A DNA stretch of 62,942 nucleotides, filler included, from Rhabdomonas costata (GCA_019059605.1; 53 parts of 53 records of this genome joined end to end with filler, not necessarily neighbours in it), one strand, 5' to 3'; shown: positions 49,969-62,657, counted from the first letter of the whole stretch. Notes: generated by a model not told the origin, from the letters alone. Made by a program: numbers and translations.

Positions 49969-50701
49969 GGACTGGGCATTCAGACGGGCGTTCTCCGCGG
50001 ACAGGCGGTCCACCTGAAGGAGGGCCTGCGAATGGCTCTGCTGCAGCTCCTCACTGAGCCCTCGAGCGGGCTCAGGCTCAGGCAGGGACGCGGCAGAAGG
50101 GAAGGTTCTTTCCTTCGCCCGAGCCTGCTCCTGCAGGCGGTGCTTCTGGGCATTGGCAATCGCGAGCAGGGCATCGTACGAGGACCGGGAGTCCGTGTTC
50201 CGGAGAACCTGCAGAGCAATAACCCATCTTGTGCTCAGGCAAAAATAGCCGGCAGTATGCTATGCGAAAGACAGCCAAAAAGCGAAAGGAGAAAGTGGAT
50301 GAGAAAAAGTAGCGCTATTTTTGCACCACGACTTCAAATATTCGATGGACAATTCTCGTTGCCGGCAACAATGCATACGTTTCTTCGTTTTCGTTTTACA
50401 CGGCCAACAATTGCGAGCAGAGCAGCTTGGCAAGAGCCCCTGCAGTGCCCATCCAAATAATCCCCAATTAATATTCCAAAGCGCCCTGTAACAACGGCTG
50501 AAGCACATCAGAACTCACCGACACCTCGGTTTGTCCCAGCACTCAGACCTCACTCCTTTTCGCGCTCATTTTACATCATACTTGAAGGCCCCTTCCTCCC
50601 CTCTCCTCCTTTTCATCAGCCTCATCGAAACCTCATACGCGGCGGTGCACTTCTCGAACATCGCCGCGGCTTCCGGGGATTCGCTCCGGTCCGGGTGCCA
50701 C
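49969..50701 (-). CDS. J-domain (DnaJ family) protein with coiled coil; exons 50632-50701 and 49969-50208
   Basis: Spliced WHPDRSESPEAAAMFEKCTAAYE|VLRNTDSRSSYD; HPD motif and AYEVL...R..YD. Confidence 0.88.
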
Positions 50702-52976
50702 CTGCAAGGCCAACAATTCCGCATCACAAAAACAGGCACCCTCCTCGATACACAAACCATAGCCCGCAGGAACGACTTGCATCCTGCAAGACATTTGGGA
50801 CCAGAAGTGCCTTGGGAGAACGCAAAACCGAAACAGGAGTCGCATTTTTCAGCGTCTTTCTGGAAAAGAAATCTCTCCGTTGGGGCATTTCCCAAACTCG
50901 GAACTCCCGATGGGGCTCCCTTGCAAGACCTTTGGCAATGAGAACATGTGCACAGTCACATCTCAGCAGCTCAGGAGGCGTCAGCCGCGGACACTGGGGC
51001 GTTCCCGACGAATTCGCTCAAATCAGGGATCTCCGTTTCGGCAAGCTGCGGAGCTGCNNNNNNNNNNNNNNNNNNNNNNNNNNNNNNNNNNNNNNNNNNN
51101 NTTAATTAATTAANNNNNNNNNNNNNNNNNNNNNNNNNNNNNNNNNNNNNNNNNNNNGTTGTGTTGGTCTTGGTCACCGCCCCCTACCAGGAAAGGGACA
51201 CAGACGTTCTGAGAACAATCCTTGTCTCCCTCCGCTCCGACACAAACACAGACACCGTGTCAACCACCAATTGTAAACACACAGTATTAACCACACTCGC
51301 GAGAGATCTGTCCTCGTCTGCACCGCGCCTTCACACCTACACCTGGCGGTGACCAAGACCTTCACAAACATATATGCCTTCCTTTCCCTCGCACTGGGAC
51401 ACGCTCTCACATACTTGCTCGGAAACTCACACAACACTGCTAAAGATAAAAAACCCGAAACACGGGCGCGACAACGAATCATCGCCGCCGAGAGTGGGGT
51501 TTGGGTGAGGAAGTGCGGAGGGAGCAGAGAGCAGCTCTGGTGGTTGGCTCACCGCCATGAGCAGGGCCCAACACAGAAAGCGAGCACATGCACCACGACG
51601 GACACAACGGAGGGGCATATGCCCCTCCCAAACAAAACACAGTTAAAAGTTCTGTACCTTGGAATTGCATCCCTCCAAACGCCCCACACCACCGAAAGGC
51701 TCCTTTATCACTTGCACCAGCATTAGAGCCCACACCTCGGGAACGGACGCACAGTGACGCACTGCTGATTTTCGATAAGTTCCTCACGTCTACTGGGCGT
51801 GACACGCAAAATCACATAATCTCTATCTCCGCCAACACAGGGCCAGCAGGCCAGCAAACCAAGTACGAGCCTTGCCGTTCTGTACTCTTTTCCTGCGACG
51901 CTTCGCCGAAAACTGTTTTCTCAATGAAGGACTGAATGGACCGACCCACGGAAGAAAGGAGGGGCAAACACAAATCGGGGCACATCAGAGAATAAGGTCA
52001 AGCAACACACTTACTTTGACATACACCACGTACACTGACACAATTATTTGAAGGAGAGGAACAAGTTCCAGGCATGCTGGGTATACATTCACTTTTTCGG
52101 CCTTCTTATCTTTTCCGCGTTTTTCTTTCCCTGTCTCAGAGAACGTAGAGCTCCGTCGAAGATTTCCATGCTAACCGGGTCCCCGGCTTCTTCCTCACCC
52201 CACGGGTGCCACCGGAATCGCCCAGGGCAGGAAATACCACACCCCCNNNNNNNNNNNNNNNNNNNNNNNNNNNNNNNNNNNNNNNNNNNNTTAATTAATT
52301 AANNNNNNNNNNNNNNNNNNNNNNNNNNNNNNNNNNNNNNNNNNNNGTACTTTCGATTGGTGATAGCATCAGGGCTCTGATTTCTTGCGATTGTCGATGT
52401 GTGTGTGTGTGTGGTCTTGAAAAGAAGAGAAGAGAAGAGAAGAGAAGAGAAGAGAAGAGAAGAGGAGAGGAGAAAGCGTCTAGTGCATGTATATACCCCC
52501 CTATCAAGTGCATTATTCCCCCCCCCTCAGGAGGGTGTGTCCACCCTATTTGAGCTGTGAACTAGTGCTTTTATGGCCCCTTCCTGAGTCCCCCGGGGGG
52601 TTAGGGGTCCCCTGGGACTCTTTCCAGGATGTCTTGCATCGCGGAGTACAGCTGAGCGGCCCAAGATCCTAGGCGCTTTCATTTCTCGGAAATTCATGTG
52701 CAGGTTACAGCGGGTAGGGGGGGGGGCATAAATGCCGAGAAAGCAATAGAATATACGTTCATGCTTTTCCATTCCCCTTCTGAACAACTAAAATATAATC
52801 CCTCACAACGAACGTCGGGCCGTACGCACACAAAGGTAAGCTCGAACCTTGCCGTTGAGGTATACATGTGGGACTGGTGTCATGAAGGCGGGGACGAGCA
52901 TGTCAGTGCGATGGGGTTGATATCATGTGAGCGTGTGAGCGTGTCGGGAAAGTATGTGAGGTATACATACGCACAC

Positions 52977-53234
52977 CTGTCTCCGAGCTCGGCGAGAATC
53001 TTCTGGATGGCCTCCTCGCGGGTCATCTCCAGCGCGGCCGGAGCGGAGGGGTTCAGGGGGCCCCGGGGTTTGTACTCCCCAAAGGTGTCCTTCGGCACCA
53101 CCAGCGCGAACGGCGCGCGGTGCGCCGCCAGCCACTGCGTGGCGGAGCGCACCACCTTCTGCGCGGAGGCCAAGTCCCTCGGCAGCACCTCAAAGGGCAC
53201 CTCCGAGGCTTGCAGCAGCGGAAGCGTCAGCTTC
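52977..53234 (-). CDS. Phosphonopyruvate decarboxylase (ThDP-dependent) internal exon
   Basis: cag|KLTLPLLQASEVPFEVLP..AQKVVRSATQWL..APFALVVPKDTFGEY..MTREEAIQKILAELGD|gt; P.ALLV.K.TF and TREEAI are typical of Ppd/AepY at the domain junction. Confidence 0.82.
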
Positions 53235-56200
53235 CTGTGAACCAGAAAGAGAGATGTAGAAAGCGAGTGCAGCCTGGGAAACTGAAGGGGAAAGCGACAC
53301 TCAGGAGTACTATTATCCACCAAGTGTCCTCACCCCCAAACCCCCAGTCCAACTCGAGCTCCGAGATAAGTGTTAGATTTTAGGTCACCGGTATCTGACC
53401 GATGTTTCGCGGTCACGGAGTGGTCCCCACCACCNNNNNNNNNNNNNNNNNNNNNNNNNNNNNNNNNNNNNNNNNNNNTTAATTAATTAANNNNNNNNNN
53501 NNNNNNNNNNNNNNNNNNNNNNNNNNNNNNNNNNGTGTTGGTTTCCACTCACGTGACCATCCCAGTGTTCCATTTTCTTGCAGCTTCCTTTTCACCTCTT
53601 TTTGCATCCTGCCACTTTTCGTGTTGTACTTTGTTCCCGTTGTGTGTTATGTAGTGTAACTGTTCACTTTTCGACCAGTAGCTCCAACCATGTTTGGTCT
53701 TCCGATGCCGCCGTGGGTACGCCCCCTTCCCCTCCCTGTCTGCCCCTGACCTCTTTGCTGTGCCTGTCATGCATACCGTGTACGTTTTGTGCGGCTCTCT
53801 AAGCTAATCTGAAATTGTTTGCTGGAAATCGCGTTGTATATCCTTGGAATGCCGAATCATTGCTATCTCTTTTTTTGAGTGTCACACTAGCAAGTATAGG
53901 CATTTTTCTCCTCTCCTCTCCTCTCCTCATCTTCCTCCGCTACTAACCGCGCCGCACCACGTCTGTTTTGCAGGAGTACGTGGCGGGAGGTCGCCACGTC
54001 GTCACTGAGGTTAGTGGTCGGGACAGGCCCCTGTTCTTCAAGCGCCCTGTGGTGCCTCAGATCAGCGCGGGCACCTCAACAGATCAGTATGCCATCATCC
54101 CCGCTGCAGTCACGCCAACCCCTAAACCCTTAAAAGCTCAATGGCCGTTGCCAATAGTCCATAACGTATTTTGCAAGCTCAATCTTAGTCTCAGTCTTAG
54201 TGGCTTTGTTTTTGGTGCATCTTTTTCACTGCACGGCTGAAAGCAGTGGTGTTCATCGTCCACATCCTCACGTTTCCTGTCACGTTGCAGCGTTCGTGGG
54301 TTGGCCAGTTCCTTAAAACACCTGAGTTCATTGAGGCAGTCACCTCCGTATCAGCCCTCGTTCTGAACACCTACCTGCACACCAACGCACGTGCACACCT
54401 GGATTGTCCCTTTCAGGCCGCAGACTGTCCCCTTGAAGGCACATGGGGTGGTGCCGTATTCCAAGACACCGCCAGGGATGCAGTCCCCAGGATCTGCAAC
54501 CGGCTCTCCGGTGAAGAAAAAGAAGGCCGCCTCTGTCGCCCTGCCCTCCCCGGCCGCCGCGGGAGAAGCCGCGGAGGTGGTGCAGGGCCTAAACAGCCGC
54601 ACCGTGAGCTGCCAGACGGACTANNNNNNNNNNNNNNNNNNNNNNNNNNNNNNNNNNNNNNNNNNNNTTAATTAATTAANNNNNNNNNNNNNNNNNNNNN
54701 NNNNNNNNNNNNNNNNNNNNNNNGGGTGTGGTGTTGGCTCAATCCTGGTGGCTGCATCTGTTCATGGTGGGTACGCAGGTGGTGGTGACGAGTACCGGTT
54801 GGGCATACGATTCCTTCGTCTGCTGTCGGTGTGAGGGCGGTACGGTGTGTGTGTGGGTCGGGTGACAGGTGGGGAATGTGGCCGATGGTGGTGCATGCTC
54901 TGTGCTCAAACCCTTCGATGCCATGCCTTGGCTTCACATCCATCCCGCGTACACCATTCTACAATCGTGTACCTATCTAGTGCAATGGCTAGGTAGCGTA
55001 GGACATCATGGCGTAGGACATTGTGGCATCTCAACATCAATCCAAGTGTGTGTTAGTTTTTGGTAGTATTGTGTGCGTCATCGTGGCTATGTTGTGGTGG
55101 TATCACCCGCGGAAAACCAAAGTTTGCTGTCGAAGGAAGCACCATCGGATCACGAAACCTGGCATTGGTACATTTATGGCACCCCCCCCCCTCAACCCGC
55201 GGTGACCCGCACATGCATGTCCAACAAGTGAAAGCACGCTCCTGAAAAAAGTTCTTGCCTCTAACCACCACCTCCGAGTCCTGCCGAAGCAGAAGTCATT
55301 GAACCAGGAATCCTATTCAAATCTGGACATCACCAAAGCCAACAGGCACAAGAGACACAAAAAAAGCAATGGAAAACCTGCTCCCCCTGCACCAGGACGC
55401 TGCGCACGCAGGTGACTCACACAGCACCTGAAAGAACGAGAAAAAGCTGGGAACCACACAGGTACTGCAAGAAACGAAGCACACAATAAGCAGGCAATAA
55501 TAAAAATAACAGCAGGACCAGCACATTCTTATTTTCATGTCGAACTTCTCGTATTTCTAGCCCGTTTGCAAGAAACGGGAAAAAGGCTGCTCCAGGCTAA
55601 ATCCGCTCTACTTTCCGAAATGAGAAGACGACCTCGCCGGTGAAAAACTCAGCCGACAAACATAAATACACACAGAATAGAAAATATGGCCACGGCACCT
55701 CGAAAGAAGGTGAAGGATTAATGAGCAGTTCGAAAAGCAACACAGGCACTGTAAACCCAGGCTTTCTCCAATCGCTTCGGCTTGTCAGTCCGAAAACAAA
55801 CCTGATTTNNNNNNNNNNNNNNNNNNNNNNNNNNNNNNNNNNNNNNNNNNNNTTAATTAATTAANNNNNNNNNNNNNNNNNNNNNNNNNNNNNNNNNNNN
55901 NNNNNNNNTTGTGGGTGGGTGGGAGAGCAATGACTTGGGGCTTTGCGCCTTGCTCCGGTTTTTATCCTTCTTTCCGCAGAACAAAATGGCAAAGGTACAA
56001 ACGGAGAGAGTGGATCCCCTTATGCAGGGTGTTGTATTATGATGGCAAATATATACTTTTTAATGAAACCTGCTGAACAGTGAAAGGTGTTTCCAGTATT
56101 GTTGGGACCGTGTGTGCGAATAGTTACTGGCTCAGCGCTGGTGACAAGAAAACGACGGGCCCGGAGGATAGTCAACGACCTCAACCTTTCTTCCTTTTTT

Positions 56201-57212
56201 CAAATACCTGCGCATCATTTTGTGCGATATCCAAAACCCTGTATACGCACTGGGTTAGGAGTTGGAGAGCTCTCCCCCTGGCTAGCGGATCTTGTTCACA
56301 GGCGTATGACACCGTCGTGAAGCAGGCTGGGCTGCCCCCGGGAGAGGCCTACGACAAGAAGCAGGAGATGACCTGGGAGGAAATGCTCCGGAAGGCCGCG
56401 GAGGCCAGCAGACCTCCCCCGCCAAGCTCTGCACCGCCGAAGCCACCGCAGGCGGTGCGGCCGCTCACTCGCTTGCACTGTTCCTGTCGCTTTTGCACTT
56501 GCAAAGACTCGTTTGATGCTGTTCGCCGAAAGGAAAGAAATACTTTGTGCGTGGTCTGACTGAGTCTCCATCGATGAGGAGGTACCTTCACACATACTCA
56601 CACTCAACAGCCAGACAGGCAATAGCCAGCGCGCTATGCGTCCAACTCACGCACACACACATGAGTCTGGGGTATGTCGAAGAAGGCAGAGATGCGAGGC
56701 GAACATGCATGTGCAGTGTGGTTGATATCATACACGATGTATGTGTGCGTCGGGAAACCCGAGGCACGTGAAGGGCCGCGAGGATACGGCTGCGTTCGGC
56801 TCCGCACGGATTTCACGCCAGCGGTGGTGTTCCAGATCTGTGACAGTCTGCAGCTGTAAGGAAAGGCGCGTCTGCTTCAGCTGTCGGCCGCCGAGAGCAC
56901 GTGTGTGATGGTTAAGCAGAAGCACACACTGTAGCGAATGCCGTGTGTCCTCTGGGTACGGACGCTGGGCTTCGCTACAGTGTGTGCTTCTGCTTAANNN
57001 NNNNNNNNNNNNNNNNNNNNNNNNNNNNNNNNNNNNNNNNNTTAATTAATTAANNNNNNNNNNNNNNNNNNNNNNNNNNNNNNNNNNNNNNNNNNNNGGT
57101 TGTGGTGGTGGGGTCGCTACTGCGGCCACACCACCACAGCACTCTGCTGGCCTTTTGCTGCGTCCTCAAACACAAAGAGGAGAAAGGAGGGAAAGAAGTG
57201 GGGGCCCCGTGC

Positions 57213-57845
57213 TTGGTTGATGATCTGCTGAAACTGGCAGGTGTACAGCATGCAATCCAATCCGATAAAGTTGACCGCATCGCGGAGAAACCTCATCGAA
57301 GGAAGGGTAACCAGCTGTGCGAAGAGGCAGGACGTGGATTCTGGAAGATGCCAAAAAGAGAGGAGGGAAGGAGAGGAGGCTGAGAGGGACGATGCACCTC
57401 ATGCCCATCCAATTGTCCAGCCCAGCAGAGCGTTAGAAGTTCATCTACGGAAAATAACTCGGCAGGTGTCATGTATCCACACATTGCCACATTGGCAAAA
57501 GAAATCCTACGCCCTGCCACCAAAAAACCATTCACAAAAGCGGAGTCGTATAATGTTTTTGATGGTGGAAAAGTACCGATACAGGGAGGGAAGATGGTTC
57601 GATAGTTATTACCAAAGTGTATGGGTGCGTGATGAAAATTTTACACATTGCAGCCAAAGCGGAAAAGTCAATGTAGGAATGAGATGCACATAGAGGACCT
57701 CCAGCATCTCGTCCACGTTCCGCATCTGATGCCGTGAGAAGTGCCGCCAGTCAAACGCGCGGAATTCTAGCCGCAGACGCTCGCCCACCGCGGCAAAACG
57801 GCTCCGCATCATCTCCGCACACTTCCGCCGAACCTCGCCGCGGGC
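57213..57845 (-). CDS. Two probable exons (about 57699-57845 and 57213-57314), unknown protein
   Basis: ..FDWRHFSRHQMRNVDEMLE|gt..cag|LVTLPSMRFLRDAVNFIGLDCMLYTCQFQQIINQ in phase 0. Confidence 0.45.
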
Positions 57846-58879
57846 TTGGGACTTGGGTTTCGCCCCTGGGAGAACCCCACACGCAGACAATCCATCAGGC
57901 GTAAATCAGCTGCTGCGCACCAAATGTCGAGAACACATAAAGTCCAAATTCGGATCAGTGAAGAAATCTTTCAAAAGCCTGCTGACACCACTGCTGCGCA
58001 ACAGGGACTCAGAGACGCAATCTTGCGAACTTGCGGACCTTGCGGCGCGGACGGAGCGGACGCCTGGGACGGGAACGTTTCCCGAGGGAGCTTAACACTT
58101 CTCACAGCGTCTGCCTTTTTCTATCTCATATTGAGGAACCAGCACCCACGAATCCCAAGCACACGACACCCACGCAAACCCCCACCNNNNNNNNNNNNNN
58201 NNNNNNNNNNNNNNNNNNNNNNNNNNNNNNTTAATTAATTAANNNNNNNNNNNNNNNNNNNNNNNNNNNNNNNNNNNNNNNNNNNNTAGGGGGGGGGAAA
58301 TCGACGACACAGATGCTATTTTATGAGCATTTTTGCTCTTTTTTTTTTTGCCCATTTTGCCTATTTTGGGCTATCTTTACCTAATTTTGGCTAATTTTGA
58401 GCATTCTGAGGTTTTTTTTTGTCAATTTTGACTCTTTTTGGGTGCCTCTGGAGACTTGCAGGCAATTTCAGGGGGAGGACTACACCTCAGGGTCCAAAAG
58501 AGCCCTCGGGCAAGGATTGCCAGAAAGTTTCGGAATTATTTCGACATAATCTTACTACGGAGAGGATCCTTTTTAAATTGAGGTTTGTCAGGTGTTCATG
58601 TCCCTCGCTAGAGTCCAAGCCAAAATCGGTCCAAGCCAAAATCGATAAGTGATGAATAGCTATAAAAACCCTGTACCCGATCGTGGTATGTCTGTATGGG
58701 GACACAGACCAAAGTGAAATTCGCACTCGCGAGAAACAGGCAACGGCTCTTTTTGCATTCACCGTTGTTATTCGGCTTCTTGAACGCCAGTTTGGCTTGA
58801 GCCGTGCTGCTTCTTGCAGGTTCGAGTTCGTGCTTTGTATTGCTTTGTGTTGCATTGCTTCAGATTGTATCATTTGAAA

Positions 58880-58987
58880 ATGGGGTGCACTCCCAGCCGC
58901 AATCTCGATTATTTGGATCGTCCGCCTCAGCCTTCACGGCAATTTGTTGACGACCCGCATGGGGCTCATGTTCCCTCTCCACCGACG
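58880..58987 (+). CDS. First coding exon with an N-terminal dual-acylation motif (MGCxxS)
   Basis: aaaATG-MGCTPSRNLDYLDRPP..PPT|GTGTG; U-rich tract and CAG just upstream of the ATG. Confidence 0.55.
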
Positions 58988-60812
58988 GTGTGGTCTCTCC
59001 TCAGCCTTTCCCCACATATCTCACGAATACTTCTGTGTTGGACGCCCCTCCCCCGCGGGACTGGCCACAATCGCGGCAGCAGTTGTGGTGCAAGGGAGGC
59101 AGTGACAAACTGCAACTTTAGAGAAGCGTTGCGGTTGTCTAGCAGGATGTCGGTTAGCCCGCATTGTTGCCCGATTGGGTAATTTCAATCGATGCAGCAG
59201 GAGGCACCGTGACCCCACCTCCCTCCCCTTCTCGACAGCAACACCAGCCCAGTGCCAGCCCAGCATATCAGTGCGGCAGACCTCGCGCGAGTCAGAGAGA
59301 ACGGAGGTCACAGAGGTGCTGAGCTGGAATGTGACAGAGAACTTAGGAAAGCGCACCCTGATTATCAACAAAACANNNNNNNNNNNNNNNNNNNNNNNNN
59401 NNNNNNNNNNNNNNNNNNNTTAATTAATTAANNNNNNNNNNNNNNNNNNNNNNNNNNNNNNNNNNNNNNNNNNNNTTGTGTGGTGCGGCGGCCGTTCCGC
59501 GCCGCGGCCGGAGCGGGCGGCTGGGGCGGGGACGAGACCTGGGGCTTTTAACAACTTTTCTAAATGTGCTCCCATATTTAAAATTGTTACCACTGCTAGC
59601 GCTTACTGGTAACGGTTTCTACTGGTAAACTAGCGGTACCGTTACCACTCCCCTTCCAGTGCACCTTTGCTTTGTTTTGGTGGAGTAATGTGGCAAGTAT
59701 GTCTCCAAGCTGAGATGTCTCTGATTGAAAGCCAAACTAATACTTACGTTCTTTAGGGTGCTCCATCCTTCTTGCATAGAGCACCTGGATGTAATTTGCT
59801 TTTTGAAGGAATTCGGAGGAAGTGCCGCCCAGAGGAAATTCATCAAACTTTGCAGGCACTTTGATGAAGACCTTGTCTTTCTATCCCAGGGATTAACCAG
59901 AATTGCTGGGAGAGTCACTGGGCATCGTGCCTTTTTGGCGAGTGAAGGGTCGCGGTTGCAAGGGCCTGCAGTTTCACTTGCTTCTATTGGTTTGTGGTGG
60001 GTTGTTTCTGTCGATTTTTCAGTCTCGTTGTACTGATGGTTATGGTGGGAGGTGATGCGAACAAGTGTCGTGACTGAAAAGCTTTGAATCGTTCGAAGAA
60101 AGAAAGGGTAGCATGTTGAATCATCGCTCTGTAAGGATGAAGCAGCATTCCACGATTCAACGATTAGACGTCTCTCTGATTGTCTCTAATTGTCTCTGAT
60201 TGACGTCTGTCAGACTTCCAAACGAAAGCTTGAGCTCTTTTTTTGGATGCCCCATTGTGGCATACAGGACCTCGATGTAGTTGTAGTATGGCAGTCCAAA
60301 GGAAAGGTGAAATAAACGGGGAGAAAAACTGATTGCTTTTCACTGTTGCTCCTCCCGCCCTTTCCGCGCCTCAGTTTTAAGGTGGAACCGCAGTGCTGAA
60401 TATAAGATATGATATTCATATATAAGACCGACAGGACCACCTGATAACAATGCCTTTTTTCTGGCTTGTGGCCACCCATGAATTGCTTTGGTAAATACTG
60501 AAGCCGGATGAACCAGCTTGAGGCATTTCCAGAAAAAATGCCCTCCCCCCTTTCTCTCCTTCCTNNNNNNNNNNNNNNNNNNNNNNNNNNNNNNNNNNNN
60601 NNNNNNNNTTAATTAATTAANNNNNNNNNNNNNNNNNNNNNNNNNNNNNNNNNNNNNNNNNNNNTGTGGTTGTGCGAAGATGAGCGCAAACAAAAGCAGG
60701 CTGAGACTGAAAAAAATTCATCGGCATGCATCACACGAGTGTTAGTATTGGCTGCACGCATTCTTCGAGAATGTGAATCCTGTGGGGAAGAGCGGGAGGT
60801 CGAATTTCACAG

Positions 60813-61565
60813 CTACCACGGCATCCCGGAGTCCCACGTTCATGACGGCTCGCTGGGGGGGCACTGCAAACTGAGCTCGCAGTGCTGTGAGGCTCACCGG
60901 AGTGCTGTGGACAGCTCGCAGGGGCCCGCTCCCCGGCTCTCACCCGCTGCTCAGTTCTGCTACCGCGCGCAGTGCTTTGAGACCACAGCGCTGCTGGCCC
61001 GGGAGCTGGGTTAAATTTTATGCCCCCGCTTTTTTTTAAAAGTCCTTTCCGGTTTGTCTTTGTCCTGGAATTGTTTTGGTGGGCTCGCTGAGCCCTCTAA
61101 ATTCTTTTGCTGCCCCTACCCCCACCCTCTCGTCAAGGAACACGCACCGATAGGTATTTTGTCTTGTTCCGGCTTCAGTTTAAACGGTCATCCAAGGAAT
61201 TACCACGCCTAAGGGTGGTGCTGCCATCACCTGATGTCATGTCCACGAATGACAAAAGCTGCACTCTAACGAGAAGTGTACGTCTCCGTGGCAGCCGAGT
61301 GGGGTCTGGCTGTTTTCCCCTCCGCGAGGCCAGTTTACAAAGTTGCTCTCTAAAGGCGCGGTCACATTTCGTTTGTTCATTAAGATGCCGTAGAGGTGGA
61401 ATTTGCCGCACCTGTCCCCCTTTCTTTTATTTCTCTTTCCGGTGACCAGGATTGAAGCCCGAGCAGTGCCGAGTGGTGTTCCAGTCCCGGCTGGGGCGGG
61501 CCAAGTGGCTGCAGCCGTACCTGCATGACGTTCTGCAGGAGCTTCCAAAGACGGGCAAGAATAAG
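60813..61565 (+). CDS. hemH: Ferrochelatase, exons 60813-61009 and 61450-61565
   Basis: Spliced (S)YHGIPESHV..FCYRAQCFETTALLARELG|LKPEQCRVVFQSRLGRAKWLQPY; catalytic HG.P, FQSR.G and WL.PY motifs; phase-1 GT-AG intron. Confidence 0.93.
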
Positions 61566-61985
61566 GTTATCGGGATGACTTTGTGCATGCACCACGGGGA
61601 CTCGTTGACTCGTTCGACCCCAAGCGGTTGTTGAAGAGTTTGTTTCTTATTCGGGCTGAGTAAACAGTAAACGTATGAAGTTATGGTTCGACCAGATAGA
61701 GAGCTGAAGTTTGGGGCGACGGACAGCTGAGTCCCCGTGGTGCATGCACAAACNNNNNNNNNNNNNNNNNNNNNNNNNNNNNNNNNNNNNNNNNNNNTTA
61801 ATTAATTAANNNNNNNNNNNNNNNNNNNNNNNNNNNNNNNNNNNNNNNNNNNNTGTGTTTTGTGCGCCTTTGCAGACTTGGTCGAGGCACAGCAATGTGG
61901 CTCCACGTCACATTTGTTTTGAGGGGGTGGGGACCTGCTTCTCTGCGCAGGCAACCGTGTTCAGTGCTGGCTTGCCGCCGTGCAG

Positions 61986-62657
61986 TTTCCAGAGCACATC
62001 GAGGCCGTTGAAGAGGACCTGGCTACTCTGGAGGAGGCCTGCGGGCAGTTACACGGCAGCCCCTCTCTGGAGAGACTTTTGCGTGTACTTCTGGTTCACC
62101 CCACTTCCCTTCCCTTCGCACACTCTCTTTCCCTTTTCCCTTGTCCGCTCCTGCACCTCTGAAGGTGGGTGGCGAGGAGTTTGTGGTGCTTCACAATTCC
62201 TTCCCATCGGCGTGGTTCTGGAGATTCTCTTGGACAAGCATTTTTGTATTCTGCTTTGTATTTTTCTGATTTGATGCATTGCTAGTTCCGCGGCTTCTCA
62301 CTTTCTCCTCACTATCTTTCATCTTTCCTTCGTTTGTTCCTTGGTCCATTTGCCCCCAACCGCAGTGTGAATTGGGTTCTCAGCAGATCAAGATCAGCAG
62401 ATTCAACCCATCGTGGGGATTCTGGGATGTGACCCGCGGAAATGCCTTGTGCCTTTGAAGCTGTTTGTGTGGTTGATAGCGTGTGACCCTTCCTGCCATG
62501 TGCGGTGCAGACTGTGGGGAACATCTTGAACGAGGGCACCCCTCACGGGGGGTGCCAGGGCTTTGCCTTGGGAGAGCTAGAGAAGTTCGCCGCGATGAGG
62601 ACCACGGACAACTCATCCAACCTGCTGGAGTTTGTGGTGGGCAGGGTGAAGTCCAAG
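61986..62657 (+). CDS. Formin FH2 domain, exons 61986-62093 and 62511-62657
   Basis: ..LEEACGQLHGSPSLERLLRVLL|TVGNILNEGTPHGGCQGFALGELEKFAAMRTTDNSSNLLEFVV; GN.LN post motif. Confidence 0.92.

Noticed and set aside
59749-60560. Stop-codon reassignment (TGA read-through) making one long ORF
   Set aside because: TAA and TAG also interrupt the frame, and the RING exon ends normally at TGA.
1135-61809. Regularly spaced TTAATTAATTAA repeats as a CRISPR-like or periodic array
   Set aside because: They are assembly linkers inside N runs; the spacing reflects length-sorted contigs.
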